Positions 10,308 through 20,356 are shown, counted from the stretch's first letter. The stretch: 54,787 nt of DNA from an uncultured Gammaproteobacteria bacterium (GCA_964356225.1 CAYHGA010000001.1:170220-225006), one strand, 5' to 3'. Translations and numbers: made by a program. Notes: generated from the sequence alone by a model not told the origin.

Positions 10308-10660
10308 TATTGCTTGATTTTGGGATCTTCTGATAGGAGGGTGAGTTTTTCCGATTTGGCTTGGGCGACCAGCATACGATCAAAGGGATCCTTGTGGATA
10401 GGGGGGAGCTCGAGTAAAACCAGCATATGGTCAAGTTTGAGGGGTAAGATTTCATACTCAAGATTTTTGAATATTTTATTGAGAGGGATATCTAATTGAA
10501 GCTTTTTGAGCATTACTTTGATAGTAATTTCCCACGCACTAATTATGCTTAAAAATACCAAATTTGACTTGTCTCGGATGATGTTTTTAGTATCTGTCTT
10601 GAGCTTGGGGTTGCCTTCAAGGCTCCAAATAAATATGTGAGTATCCAGGAGATACTTCAT
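10295..10660 (-). CDS. vapC: Type II TA toxin, VapC/PIN
   Basis: LLDTHIFIW...SAWEI...HKDPFDRMLVAQA. Confidence 0.92.
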   Translation of the reverse strand: MKYLLDTHIFIWSLEGNPKLKTDTKNIIRDKSNLVFLSIISAWEITIKVMLKKLQLDIPLNKIFKNLEYEILPLKLDHMLVLLELPPIHKDPFDRMLVAQAKSEKLTLLSEDPKIKQYQSK

Positions 10661-10902
10661 GGTTCGATAGATCCACCGTAAAACATCTCGTTTATTTCGT
10701 CGGACTCATCGTCAAAGTCGGGGGACACGTGGATTTTACCCTTAAATTTGCCTATGGTGCGATATTTTTTGGGAGGGGTATAGCGGGAAAGTTTGACGGT
10801 TGGCTTGCCTGCGCGGGCAATAATGATGTCTTCGCCGGCCAGGGCCATTTCGATCAATTGAGAAAGTTGGCTTTTGGCCTGATGAGTGTTAAATATTTGC
10901 AT
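10657..10902 (-). CDS. Type II TA antitoxin, Phd/YefM
   Basis: NTHQAKSQLSQLIE...GEDIIIARAGKP; overlaps toxin start. Confidence 0.92.
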   Translation of the reverse strand: MQIFNTHQAKSQLSQLIEMALAGEDIIIARAGKPTVKLSRYTPPKKYRTIGKFKGKIHVSPDFDDESDEINEMFYGGSIEP

Positions 10903-10908
10903 ACTTGT

Positions 10909-10937
10909 ATATTAGCTAACTTAGCTAAGTATGTCAA
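10909..10937 (-). promoter_or_regulatory. Sigma70 promoter with palindromic operator for the TA operon
   Basis: TTGACA-17nt-TAATAT-6nt-ATG; spacer holds CTTAGCTAAG and a second TTAGCTAA. Confidence 0.8.
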
Positions 10938-11470
10938 GAGGCCTCTGGCTCTGGGGGGAGAAATTCTTCGCCCCCAGACGATTCTTTTTTGTAGTTACTG
11001 TTGAGCCACTGAATATAGTCGCAACCGGTGGGTTTCTTGACCTCTTTGTCCCAACCGGAGGTGGAACATTTTTTCATCTTTTTACCGGCACTGGTGGTGA
11101 ATAAAACCAGGGGTTCTCCGCATTTGGGGCATTTCTCATCCAAAGGCTCGGTGGAACTGCCGATCCATTCCACATAGTCACAACCGGTGGCGGTTTTGGT
11201 GGTCTTGTCCCAACCTCCGGCGCTGCATTTTTTCATCTTCTTGCCAAAGCGGGTGACTTGGAGAACCAGGGGAGAACCACACTTGGGGCATTTTTCGTCC
11301 AGGGTGACGGGCTCTATGGCCAGCCATTTGACATAATCACAGCCGGTGGGCTTGGTCTTGGGGTCCCAGGTGCCGGCGGTACTGCACCTTTGCAGCTTTT
11401 TGCCTGACTGGGTCTCAATGACCTCGCCCAGCGGGGCTCCGCATTTGGGGCACTTATCTTTGTCGTCCAT
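10934..11470 (-). CDS. Stand-alone topoisomerase-I-type C4 zinc-ribbon repeat protein
   Basis: Three repeats of CPKCG...GKK..CS..W...GCDYxxW. Confidence 0.8.
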   Translation of the reverse strand: MDDKDKCPKCGAPLGEVIETQSGKKLQRCSTAGTWDPKTKPTGCDYVKWLAIEPVTLDEKCPKCGSPLVLQVTRFGKKMKKCSAGGWDKTTKTATGCDYVEWIGSSTEPLDEKCPKCGEPLVLFTTSAGKKMKKCSTSGWDKEVKKPTGCDYIQWLNSNYKKESSGGEEFLPPEPEAS

Positions 11471-11491
11471 AGGAAGAGAATATCATACTTT

Positions 11492-11647
11492 GTTCACTCT
11501 TTGGTCGTGCAAAGAGTGAACCGAGAAACACGCCCTCACGATTGGCTAAAAATACTGCGCAAAACTATCCCTTGTTCATCACCTGCGGTGATTGGAGCCG
11601 TGACTAACCAACGTGTTTGTGCAGTATTTTCTTTACGCCAATATGCG
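11492..11647. other. Structured intergenic element with nested inverted repeats
   Basis: 12-bp stem at 11492-11521; AAAATACTGCGCAAA (11549-63) pairs with TTTGTGCAGTATTTT (11616-30); ATTGGC/GCCAAT; ATCACC/GGTGAT. Confidence 0.6.
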
Positions 11648-11681
11648 TTCGGGATGATAAAATAGCCTTGTTCTTTTATAT

Positions 11682-11753
11682 TCCGCAGTGGCGCAACGGT
11701 AGCGCGAGATCCTGTTAAGATCGAGGTTGTAGGTTCGAATCCTACCTGCGGAG
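11682..11753 (+). tRNA. tRNA-Asn(GTT)
   Basis: Acceptor TCCGCAG/CTGCGGA; GATC-CT-GTT-AA-GATC; GTAGG-TTCGAAT-CCTAC. Confidence 0.95.
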
Positions 11754-11923
11754 CCGAGTTGTTAATTTTAGAACCTTGTAGTCTTCCAAGTTAATTGAAT
11801 AGAAATCTTTTCAAGAATCAAAGTATTTTTTTTAAGTTTTGCGGATCTGCTCGGTACATTTAAGGCTATTTTGGTCTGGTTCGAATCCAATAGCGGGTTA
11901 GAAGCTAACGGGGAGTGCTGGAT

Positions 11924-14140
11924 CTAGTCTTTGAAAGAAAGGCTGGCTAAAAGGTAGGATATGGTAGATTCGGCACCCTGGTTTAGGTTAATAGATTTCT
12001 CCCCAACTCCATCATAACATCCTCCAGTGGTTCGATCATAGACAACCTGTCCCAGAACATTATCCCCCAAGAACCAGTTAAATGCTTTGTATGCTAATTC
12101 TTTGTAGTGCTTCCTGTTTGTTATCTGAAACATTGTATTGAGAGCTTCTACGGTTGCAGCAACGTCCTCGGGCTGTTGGTCAAAATACTGCCTTGTCCCT
12201 CCCTTGGGAAACCAGCCACTTTGGCCGATGGGAATGTACATACTATCCTTAAAGGTATGTTTAACTAAAAAGTTGAGGGTTTTTCCAGACACTTCGAGGT
12301 ATCTTTTCTCACTGGTTATTTTGTATCCGAGGAGAAGTGCTTCTGGTAGGATGGCATTTGAATAAGTTAAATAAGGCTCAAACCAGTCCCAGTCCGATGA
12401 GTGGCTCTTCTCATATAAAGCCATGAGTTGTTCACAGTGGTACCTTAATGCAGTGAGAGTCTTGGGCTCTTTCCATTTCGAAAGCAGACAATTGAGAGCC
12501 TTGATGTAAAAAGCGATAGCACGAGGCGAGGAGAAAGCAACATTTTTCCGGAAACTCTGTTCAAAAAAGGACTGGGCTTGATGTCTTATGCGTTTGGGGA
12601 TTTGTTTGGTAGTTGAAACCTGGGCAAGAGCATATAGGCCCCTGGCGTTGGCATCTTCTGAGTTTTCCTGGCGATTTCTCTGTTCGTCAATAGCATGGCT
12701 TGGATTGACAAAGTTATTGAAATGACCATCGGGTTTGGCTACCCGATAAAGAAAGTTGAGGTATATGGAGGCGAGTTTTAGTGAAGAGGGAGTCCTAAAT
12801 TTTTTATAATGGAGGGTGGTAACGATTAAGGCCCGGGCATTATCGTCTAGGGTATATCCAGAAGAAAGATCTGGTTCGGTAAGCTTGGCAAACTGAATAA
12901 TGCCAAAATTGTCAGTCAATTTAGCCAAATGTGTAAGCTTTATAGGTGGAAGTCTCCTTTGTGCCAGGGTTAGCTCCGGCACAAATTGCGAGAAATATTT
13001 CAGGTAGGAAAGGGCAACATTTTCCCAGGTCATATATCTTGTGCGGAAATAAGCGTTTTTACCCATCTGCAGACGCAGGCGATCATTGCCCAATAATTTA
13101 ATGATGGCATCGGTAAAAGCCTGCGGGTTTTTGAAATCAATCAATATGCCGACTTCGTCAGTGATATCTTGTTTGGCTTGGGCAAAGGTTGTGGATATTA
13201 CCGGACGACCGCCGCCGAGGGCGTAAGATAAAGTGCCGGAGACAGTTTGGTTTGGATTTAAGTATGGGGAAAGATAGACATCGGTAGCCTCCAAAAATCT
13301 AAGGAGGTCATTTAGATCAAGATAGGTGTCATAAAAAAGAACGTAGTCGGCGAGGCCAAGTTCATAAACTTTTTTAATAAGAAAATTACGGTACTTTTCG
13401 CCTTCCTGTTTGAGAACAACAGGATGGGTGACGCCGATGACAAGGAATCGAACATTAGGGAACTTTTCTACTACCGGTGGCAGGGCCTCGATCACATACT
13501 CAATTCCCTTACCTGGATTAAGGAGCCCAAAAGTTGAAAGGACCAGTTTGCCAGAAAAACCAAGGACAGACTTGGCGTGCTCACTGGCCCTATAGGGAAC
13601 ATTGTGAATCCCATGAGGAATAACTTGAATTCGATCAGAATCTAACCCATAATCCTTTTCAAGGATTTCTTTTGAAGAGTGGGTCATGACGATTATTCCT
13701 TTCGAATATTTCATTACAGTTTGAACGATGTTACGCATTCTTTCGTCTGGAGCGGGAAGGACAGTGTGTAATGTAGTAACAACCGGTTTCTGAAGTTTTT
13801 CCAGAAGGAGAAGCAGGTGTGAACCATATTCCCCTCCGAAGATACCGAATTCATGTTGAATGTTGACAAGTCTTACCTTCTCGAGCTGGTTGAGTTTGTC
13901 GGCAGCGTTAACATAGTCTTCTTTACGAGGTTGGCTTATCTGGAGAATTACTTTGTCAGGATAGGGGAAAGGAGTTACTTCAGTGAGATTCATCGCAATA
14001 ATCTTTGACTCAACCGATAGTGAGAACATTTGATCAATAGTATGAGTGAGGTCAGCGGTAAAGGTAGCAATACCGCACTGTCGTGGCGGGAAGGTGGAGA
14101 GATAGACTATCCAAGATTTATTTTGCCTGTTAGAGCTCAT
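11924..14140 (-). CDS. GT4 glycosyltransferase fused to a C-terminal helical glycosidase-like domain
   Basis: PPRQCGIATFT, IQHEFGIFGG, KGIEYVI and SGTLSYA motifs; C-terminal GYTLDDNARAL, FDQQPED and NQGAEST. Confidence 0.85.
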   Translation of the reverse strand: MSSNRQNKSWIVYLSTFPPRQCGIATFTADLTHTIDQMFSLSVESKIIAMNLTEVTPFPYPDKVILQISQPRKEDYVNAADKLNQLEKVRLVNIQHEFGIFGGEYGSHLLLLLEKLQKPVVTTLHTVLPAPDERMRNIVQTVMKYSKGIIVMTHSSKEILEKDYGLDSDRIQVIPHGIHNVPYRASEHAKSVLGFSGKLVLSTFGLLNPGKGIEYVIEALPPVVEKFPNVRFLVIGVTHPVVLKQEGEKYRNFLIKKVYELGLADYVLFYDTYLDLNDLLRFLEATDVYLSPYLNPNQTVSGTLSYALGGGRPVISTTFAQAKQDITDEVGILIDFKNPQAFTDAIIKLLGNDRLRLQMGKNAYFRTRYMTWENVALSYLKYFSQFVPELTLAQRRLPPIKLTHLAKLTDNFGIIQFAKLTEPDLSSGYTLDDNARALIVTTLHYKKFRTPSSLKLASIYLNFLYRVAKPDGHFNNFVNPSHAIDEQRNRQENSEDANARGLYALAQVSTTKQIPKRIRHQAQSFFEQSFRKNVAFSSPRAIAFYIKALNCLLSKWKEPKTLTALRYHCEQLMALYEKSHSSDWDWFEPYLTYSNAILPEALLLGYKITSEKRYLEVSGKTLNFLVKHTFKDSMYIPIGQSGWFPKGGTRQYFDQQPEDVAATVEALNTMFQITNRKHYKELAYKAFNWFLGDNVLGQVVYDRTTGGCYDGVGEKSINLNQGAESTISYLLASLSFKD

Positions 14141-14144
14141 AGTT

Positions 14145-15158
14145 TTAAGGGTTTTTGAGTTCGGTCAACAGCTCAGTGAGGTCAACAGATTTTGCGGCGA
14201 TTAACTGGTCGGCAGCCCCATAATAAATATAAAGTCTTTTCTCTCTTACTACTGCTCCGGTAGGAAAGACAACATTATTCGTAATGCCGTTTTTTTCCCA
14301 GGAAGCCTTTGGAGAAAACAGGGGTTCTTTTAATCGCCCCAAAACTTTTAGGGGGTTTTTCAGATCAAGAAGGGCAGCGGAGGCATGATAGATTTTCCCT
14401 AAAGGAGTATCCTCCACTGCATGATAGATAATGAGCCATCCGTCTTTTGTTTCAATAGGAGGACAACCGCCGCCAACGTTGCGGTTTTCAAACCAAAAGA
14501 GGGGATCAAGTACAATAAAATCACCTAAATTCTTGAAATAATCGCGCCAGCGATCTTCAGTAAGCTCGGAGAAATTGTTAAAGTAAATAATTTGCATTCC
14601 TGGCAAAATACGGTGGAGAAGAGCAAATTTATTGTTGAATTTTTGGGGAAAGAGAAAGGTATCTTTTTCAAATAGTAAGATGTTCTTGCCCCATCTTTCT
14701 TTGTAGAATATCTCAAACATGGTATATTTCTCTCTGACTTTTGACCCACGAAAAATGTCTTCCGCTTCATCGTAAGAGATTTTCGGCGAGATAAGGCCCT
14801 GTTTGGCGAAATGAATAAGATCCTTACTTGTGGCGTAGGAAATGAGAGCATTTTTACCGTCATAGGCTGTGTAGAAAAGATAGTATGTTCCCTCTAAAAG
14901 AGTAATTCTTGGATCTTCTACGCCCTTTTTCTCGTAATCATATTCTGGAAAGAGAACCGGCTCCTTAAGTCTTTTTACAACTTTATTATCGACCAACTGG
15001 CAGTAGCCTATGGAAGAAACATCATTGTGGTTAATTGCCCGATAAAACATATGGGTAATACCATCCGTCTGGATGCAGGCCGGGTTGCAAACACCCTTAT
15101 TTTCGAATTTCAGACTTGTTTTCTCTAAAATTATTCCCTCGTTTTTAACTGCGACCAT
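14145..15158 (-). CDS. GH130-family glycosidase/phosphorylase
   Basis: NPA, GVEDPRI, LHRI, GGGCPPI, NVVFPTG and YYGAAD motifs. Confidence 0.85.
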   Translation of the reverse strand: MVAVKNEGIILEKTSLKFENKGVCNPACIQTDGITHMFYRAINHNDVSSIGYCQLVDNKVVKRLKEPVLFPEYDYEKKGVEDPRITLLEGTYYLFYTAYDGKNALISYATSKDLIHFAKQGLISPKISYDEAEDIFRGSKVREKYTMFEIFYKERWGKNILLFEKDTFLFPQKFNNKFALLHRILPGMQIIYFNNFSELTEDRWRDYFKNLGDFIVLDPLFWFENRNVGGGCPPIETKDGWLIIYHAVEDTPLGKIYHASAALLDLKNPLKVLGRLKEPLFSPKASWEKNGITNNVVFPTGAVVREKRLYIYYGAADQLIAAKSVDLTELLTELKNP

Positions 15159-15440
15159 AATTTTTCATTCTGGTAAATTATAGAGGTTTTTGGGGATGGT
15201 AGCTACTAAGGCAGGTTTTGATTGTAGTTTTTTGTTTCTGCCCATCTCACTCTTATCAATTCCATCTGTACTACATTCTCAAAAGCTCTTAATATCTTCT
15301 CAATCGTAGCTCTAATAATCTCAGGGTTAGGGAGCCAGATTGGCATTATTCGAACTGGAAGCGGAAACGATCGGAGCCGGCAATGCCACGAACGGCGAGA
15401 TCGGGATTATACGATGAAATTTGAGATATACCGCATACTC

Positions 15441-15469
15441 TTGACAATTCTGCTGTGACTGTTTAATCT
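15441..15469 (+). promoter_or_regulatory. Putative sigma70 promoter of the abiE operon
   Basis: TTGACA-17nt-TAATCT upstream of 15508. Confidence 0.5.
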
Positions 15470-15507
15470 ATAAGTAGATAGTCATTACAAACGGTGACTT
15501 ACTATAT

Positions 15508-16287
15508 ATGAAACAAACAATTCTTTCTACCCAGCAAAGCGCTCTTCTTGAGGAGCTAATCGTCAAATATGGGCAAATTGTTACCTCTGAGCAGATCTAT
15601 GCCCAGGGAAAGGCTGTGTGGGATCAAAAAGTGGCGAAAAATGTTATCACTAGGCTTACCCGCAATGGCTGGCTAATTCGGGTGAAGCGAGGACTATATG
15701 CTATCTCCGACTTGAGTAATCGTGGATTTCTGTCACTGTCGCCCTATGTAGTAGCAAACCTTCTGGTTCGCGATTCCTACGTCTCTTTTGAGTCAGCTTT
15801 GGCTTATCACGGCATGTTTGACCAGCTTACCAATAAGACCATTTCGATTTCTCAAGTGCAGTATAGGGCAGTGCAGTTGCAATCGGTTGAATATAGCTTT
15901 GTAAAAGTGCTGGATAAGTGGTTTTTTGGTTGGCAAGAGGTGAGTATTGATAATAAGGCCGTGCGTATGGCCACCGCCGAGAAGGCCTTAATTGATATGA
16001 TCCAGTTTCATAAAAGCAAATACACCGTTGATTTAGTGGTGGAAAAACTCTCTCAATATAAAGATTCACTTGACCTGCAAAAAATGACTGAGTACTTGGG
16101 CAAGATGTCTTTAACCACTATTAAGACATTTGGTTTCCTGCTTGATCTCTTAGGGATTGATTCAGGTGATCTTTATAATCAAGTTAAGCTAAAGGGCACC
16201 CATTTGATGTTGTCTGGAGATGCTAAGTTTAATGCCAAGTGGCGACTCTATTACGATGCTTATTTTGATAAATATCGGTCAGCCTAA
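15508..16287 (+). CDS. abiEi: Type IV TA antitoxin, AbiEi family
   Basis: wHTH motif LIRVKRGLY; SYVSFESALAYHG; ATAEKALID. Confidence 0.85.
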   Translation: MKQTILSTQQSALLEELIVKYGQIVTSEQIYAQGKAVWDQKVAKNVITRLTRNGWLIRVKRGLYAISDLSNRGFLSLSPYVVANLLVRDSYVSFESALAYHGMFDQLTNKTISISQVQYRAVQLQSVEYSFVKVLDKWFFGWQEVSIDNKAVRMATAEKALIDMIQFHKSKYTVDLVVEKLSQYKDSLDLQKMTEYLGKMSLTTIKTFGFLLDLLGIDSGDLYNQVKLKGTHLMLSGDAKFNAKWRLYYDAYFDKYRSA

Positions 16288-16292
16288 CCCAT

Positions 16293-17051
16293 ATGCTTAC
16301 CCGACAACAACTCGAAATCATTAACCGCAAAAGCCTGCGTTATCCCTTGCACATTGCCGAGAAAGATTATTTTTTAACTCTGGTCATGCAGATTATCACC
16401 GTTTCCTCGACTGGCAAAAACCTTATTTTCAAAGGTGGCACAGCTCTACATCACTGTTACCTTGACCAGTATCGTTTTTCTGAGGATCTGGATTTCTCTT
16501 CGAACAAGACACCATTACTTCTAGAAGAGGTTCGTAAAATCTTTGACAACATCGACTATTTGAGTATCAAGAAGAACTATCTCTCTAATGCCACCATTAA
16601 AATCGAAAAACTCCAATACACCGGACCACTAATTCAGCCCAACTCACTCAAAGTAGAAATCGACTTTTTGCAAAATGTCCTATTACCACCTCAAACCTTG
16701 GCTTACCACAATGTCTGGGGTGTGGATTTTACGGTTGCTGTCATGGACATTAAAGAAATATGTGCCGAGAAAATCCGAGCTATGAGTGATCGGGCGCGTT
16801 ATCGTGACTTCTATGATATTTACTTACTTTTGGAGAAATATCGGTTAGACCTGGATGAAATTGTCTCGTATGTCAGGCAGAAAGAGATTCGCCAACCTAT
16901 TACTAAAGCCAGCATCCAAACCAATTGGAAGGTGATTACTACCGAAAAAGAGCAGGAAATGAGTCAGATTTATTACTCTAAGCAGGTAGAAGATAGCCGG
17001 ATTGAGACATTAATTCAAAGCTTGCCTTTTGATAGCATTATAGCTGCATAA
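16293..17051 (+). CDS. abiEii: Type IV TA toxin, AbiEii nucleotidyltransferase
   Basis: EKDY, FKGGTAL, RFSEDLDF, AEKIRA, RDFYD. Confidence 0.92.
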   Translation: MLTRQQLEIINRKSLRYPLHIAEKDYFLTLVMQIITVSSTGKNLIFKGGTALHHCYLDQYRFSEDLDFSSNKTPLLLEEVRKIFDNIDYLSIKKNYLSNATIKIEKLQYTGPLIQPNSLKVEIDFLQNVLLPPQTLAYHNVWGVDFTVAVMDIKEICAEKIRAMSDRARYRDFYDIYLLLEKYRLDLDEIVSYVRQKEIRQPITKASIQTNWKVITTEKEQEMSQIYYSKQVEDSRIETLIQSLPFDSIIAA

Positions 17052-17057
17052 ATATTT

Positions 17058-17891
17058 ATGGGCGAAGATTTAGGTCCACAAGATGCTCTGGACAAGGCCA
17101 TGAAGCTTCTAGTGATGATGAAAGACTTTATCCTCCTCGTTCTCGTGTCCATCCTTGTCGTTATCTTTTTATTCCTGTTATTCCTGAAGAATAAACCCTC
17201 CACCCTCCCCATCTCTGGCCAAACTCCCGTTCCCTCCCAAAAATACGACATCAATAGCTGGCAAGACCTTGATCCGGTCGAACCGCCCCAAGCCTTTGAC
17301 ATCGGCGAAATTAGATACTACCGAGGCGACAAGGGTTGTTGTTTTTGCTCTGCCGTCGCCTATGTCTACAAAAAATCTGGTGGCACAAATTACCAACAAC
17401 TTTTCGAGGACATCCTCCGCCCATCTTATCAGCGTGACATGACCAGCCTCTTTCAACAGCTCAAAAAATACGGTTTGGGCAATCGTCTTTTTTTCGGCTA
17501 CTACCACCAGGGCCAATCACGGGAGGCTCGTCCCCGGTTTACCCAAACCTACACCGACCTTCTCCAATATCCTGATCGGCAACTCAAACTTTTCACCAAC
17601 CGAAACGAAGCGGTAAGTTACTTAAAGAAAGCCGTCTCTGCCGGTATTCCCGTCATCGTTGCCATCGAAGACGACACCGCGAGCGGCAAAAGCCCAACCC
17701 AAGAAGTCGAAGACGATACCTTCGTGACCGTAATTGGCTACAACAAAAACCAGGTAAAACTTTACTGGATTCCTGATACCAAAAGCTGGATGGACTGGGA
17801 CGAATTTATGGCCAAATGGCAACTACAAAATACTCAATTTGTTTACGAACTCATCCCCGGAAACTACCCGATGATATTTTTATCATTATAA
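17058..17891 (+). CDS. Membrane-anchored C39-peptidase-like protein (true start may be ~17115)
   Basis: TM segment; GCCFCSAVAY; GIPVIV; FVTVIGYN; MDWDEFMAKW. Confidence 0.55.
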   Translation: MGEDLGPQDALDKAMKLLVMMKDFILLVLVSILVVIFLFLLFLKNKPSTLPISGQTPVPSQKYDINSWQDLDPVEPPQAFDIGEIRYYRGDKGCCFCSAVAYVYKKSGGTNYQQLFEDILRPSYQRDMTSLFQQLKKYGLGNRLFFGYYHQGQSREARPRFTQTYTDLLQYPDRQLKLFTNRNEAVSYLKKAVSAGIPVIVAIEDDTASGKSPTQEVEDDTFVTVIGYNKNQVKLYWIPDTKSWMDWDEFMAKWQLQNTQFVYELIPGNYPMIFLSL

Positions 17892-17900
17892 TAACAACAG

Positions 17901-18530
17901 ATGAAAACAGCCGCCTACATTTCCGGAAAGATCGAGTTTAACAAAGATGGTTGTCATGTTGGCGGGCAGAAAGTCGAATGTCCAACCAGCGGAAGGGCTT
18001 TTACCGGAACTGACAAACTCGATCTTTTGCCGCGAATTCTTTCTCTGGAAAAACGCAGTGACCCATTATTCTTTGCCCTGCTTCTGATAATAATCCTGGG
18101 GTTTGCCGCTCTGGCAGTATTCAAGGTCAAAGTTTTTGGCAAAACTTTAGCAGAATATATTAGGCCAATTTGGTATCTTATTTTTATCTCCCTCGCGGCT
18201 GTGGCTTGGCAATATTTGTTTGGACTAAAAATTGATGACGGTCTAATGTCATTGAAGATTAGCCAATGGGTCTGGGAAATTTGTATTGCCGTTTCAGCTT
18301 ACAAATTAATTAAAGGTTCGAATTTCGGTTATGGCAACTTATTTTTCCTGGCAATTTTGTACAGTCTCATTATTCACGGGCTAAAAGTAACCGTTAGATA
18401 CCTTTTTTATGAAAAAACATTCCTATATTTGGCTGACAGATTTTTATACGGCAGTCTTTTGGTGGTGATGATTGTTTTCCTTGGCGGATCGATGTTCCTT
18501 TTCTTCAGACGAAGGGGCATCTTCAAATAG
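17901..18530 (+). CDS. Hypothetical multi-pass membrane protein
   Basis: About five hydrophobic segments. Confidence 0.7.
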   Translation: MKTAAYISGKIEFNKDGCHVGGQKVECPTSGRAFTGTDKLDLLPRILSLEKRSDPLFFALLLIIILGFAALAVFKVKVFGKTLAEYIRPIWYLIFISLAAVAWQYLFGLKIDDGLMSLKISQWVWEICIAVSAYKLIKGSNFGYGNLFFLAILYSLIIHGLKVTVRYLFYEKTFLYLADRFLYGSLLVVMIVFLGGSMFLFFRRRGIFK

Positions 18531-20354
18531 TCAATTTCCTCCCGAACAGTCTTTGGCGCAGTTCTCTCTCGTCTCGCCCAAACTCGGTTCACACAGGTCG
18601 TTTCCGCAAACGGTTTCGCCCGATGTGGGTCCTGCCGGCGGCGACTTTGATCCCAGCAACCTTTTCAAAAACCCGACGAACCTGGCAAAAATACCCGCCT
18701 TGGTTTTTGGAGTCACGCCGCCATCCCCGCACTTTTGGCCAAAGCCGCAACTCCCTTCTCTTACTTTCTCCTGTTGCGGTTCTATTACCGTCGTGCAGAT
18801 AACCGGCGTTGTGTCCTTATCGAAAGTCTCAAAAAAATAAACCGAGCCACCCGTTCCCGCAGCAATATATCTCTCGTTCGCTGAGATGTCTATTTCTTCG
18901 AGATACTCGTCGAAAGGAATTTCCACCTCCCCCTTCTTACCGCGATCAAATAGATGCAGTTTGTTATCCGTCCCCCCAACCGCGATAAAACTCCCGTCAT
19001 CGGCAATATCAATTCCACCCAGTGACGCATTATCTACAATCCAGGTGGCAATGGGGGTATTTTTTTCTTTGTCAAAAATATATGCCTGTCCGCCGAAGGT
19101 GGCCGCGCCGATGTATTTACCGTCTGGCGTGAAATTTAGAGCCCTGACAGAACTGCCGCCAATGGTGGGGAATTTCCATACCGGTGTTTTGGAGTTTTTA
19201 TTAAACAAAAACACGGCTCCGGCATCTGATTCGCTACTTACTGCTATAGCAGACCCGTCAGCCGAAATTTTAGCCTGGTGAACGGGGGAGTCTCTCGTCA
19301 GAGGCCCACTTTTAATCAAGGGGTTATTAGAATCGCGGGGGAAAAGATAAAAACGGCGATCCGGGCAACCGGTTGATCCGGCGACAAAACTACCATCGCT
19401 GGAAAGTGAAACGTCATGGAAATTACCCGACGCGTGATATTGCCACAAAGGTTTTCCAGACTGACTGTTCCACAAAATCAGCAGATTGGAATTGGGATTT
19501 GATTCTTCGCCCATGGTAGCCGCGGCCATGTATTTTCCATCTTGGGAGATCGCCACATTATAGGCATTGTTGGTGTTGTACTTCCAGATTGGGTTACTAC
19601 TTGCCTTGTTAAACGCCACTACCATTTCGCCAAGGGCAGCAATAATTTTTGATCCGTCCCCGGAAATATCCACTCCACCCTTGCTCTCTCCACATTCCTC
19701 GCAATTAAACTGCCATAAAGGCTTCTCCGGCTTGCTGGTGTCAAACAAATAAATATGCTTGAAAGTTTTGGCAGCCAAATACTTTCCGTCGTCGGAAAGC
19801 GCGATTCCGCCGACCCACTCCTTGCCGGTAAAAAACTTAAGAATCTTTTTGTTTGTTTGTTTGTCAATTACCGCAATCTCGTTTTTATCAAAAGCGCTCC
19901 TGAAAAGGACCGGGCCGTTGTCGGGCGAATCTATAATCCCGGCCCGGGCCTTCCCCAAACCGTTTGATGCTTCAAAGTAATAAAAATTCGACCCCAGCTT
20001 GTTCGGTACGTATTTGTAGTAATACTTGACGCCCTTCTGGTAATCATTGTCGTTTGGGTCTGCCTTTTGCGTCTCAATCATTTTTCCGTTGAAATAAATC
20101 TTGACGTACTCCGGCTTTCTTCCCTTCTTATCTCGATAGATAACCGAGTAAGTATATCTTTGACATACCGGCCCCCAAGGAGGATAAACATTGCTATTGA
20201 AAAGTTCCGGATCGTTAGCCGTTTGGGGTAGTTTCGGGATCACCTGCCCCCCTCCTCTAAACAGACCCTTCTCTTCCGCCAGAACGGTTGTATGGAAAAT
20301 ACCAAATGAAACAATAGCCCCTAAAACAAAAATGACGAGCCCCTTTAATCTCAT
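18531..20354 (-). CDS. Secreted WD40/PQQ-like beta-propeller protein
   Basis: Signal peptide; repeated ISxDGxYxAA...LW motifs; C-terminal CGNDLCEPSLGETRENCAKDC. Confidence 0.8.
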   Translation of the reverse strand: MRLKGLVIFVLGAIVSFGIFHTTVLAEEKGLFRGGGQVIPKLPQTANDPELFNSNVYPPWGPVCQRYTYSVIYRDKKGRKPEYVKIYFNGKMIETQKADPNDNDYQKGVKYYYKYVPNKLGSNFYYFEASNGLGKARAGIIDSPDNGPVLFRSAFDKNEIAVIDKQTNKKILKFFTGKEWVGGIALSDDGKYLAAKTFKHIYLFDTSKPEKPLWQFNCEECGESKGGVDISGDGSKIIAALGEMVVAFNKASSNPIWKYNTNNAYNVAISQDGKYMAAATMGEESNPNSNLLILWNSQSGKPLWQYHASGNFHDVSLSSDGSFVAGSTGCPDRRFYLFPRDSNNPLIKSGPLTRDSPVHQAKISADGSAIAVSSESDAGAVFLFNKNSKTPVWKFPTIGGSSVRALNFTPDGKYIGAATFGGQAYIFDKEKNTPIATWIVDNASLGGIDIADDGSFIAVGGTDNKLHLFDRGKKGEVEIPFDEYLEEIDISANERYIAAGTGGSVYFFETFDKDTTPVICTTVIEPQQEKVREGSCGFGQKCGDGGVTPKTKAGIFARFVGFLKRLLGSKSPPAGPTSGETVCGNDLCEPSLGETRENCAKDCSGGN

Positions 20355-20356
20355 GG

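Noticed and set aside
15340-15420. Short open stretch (FELEAETIGAGNATNGEIGIIR) as a gene remnant or att site
   Set aside because: Too short to assign, with no convincing match to the tRNA-Asn end.
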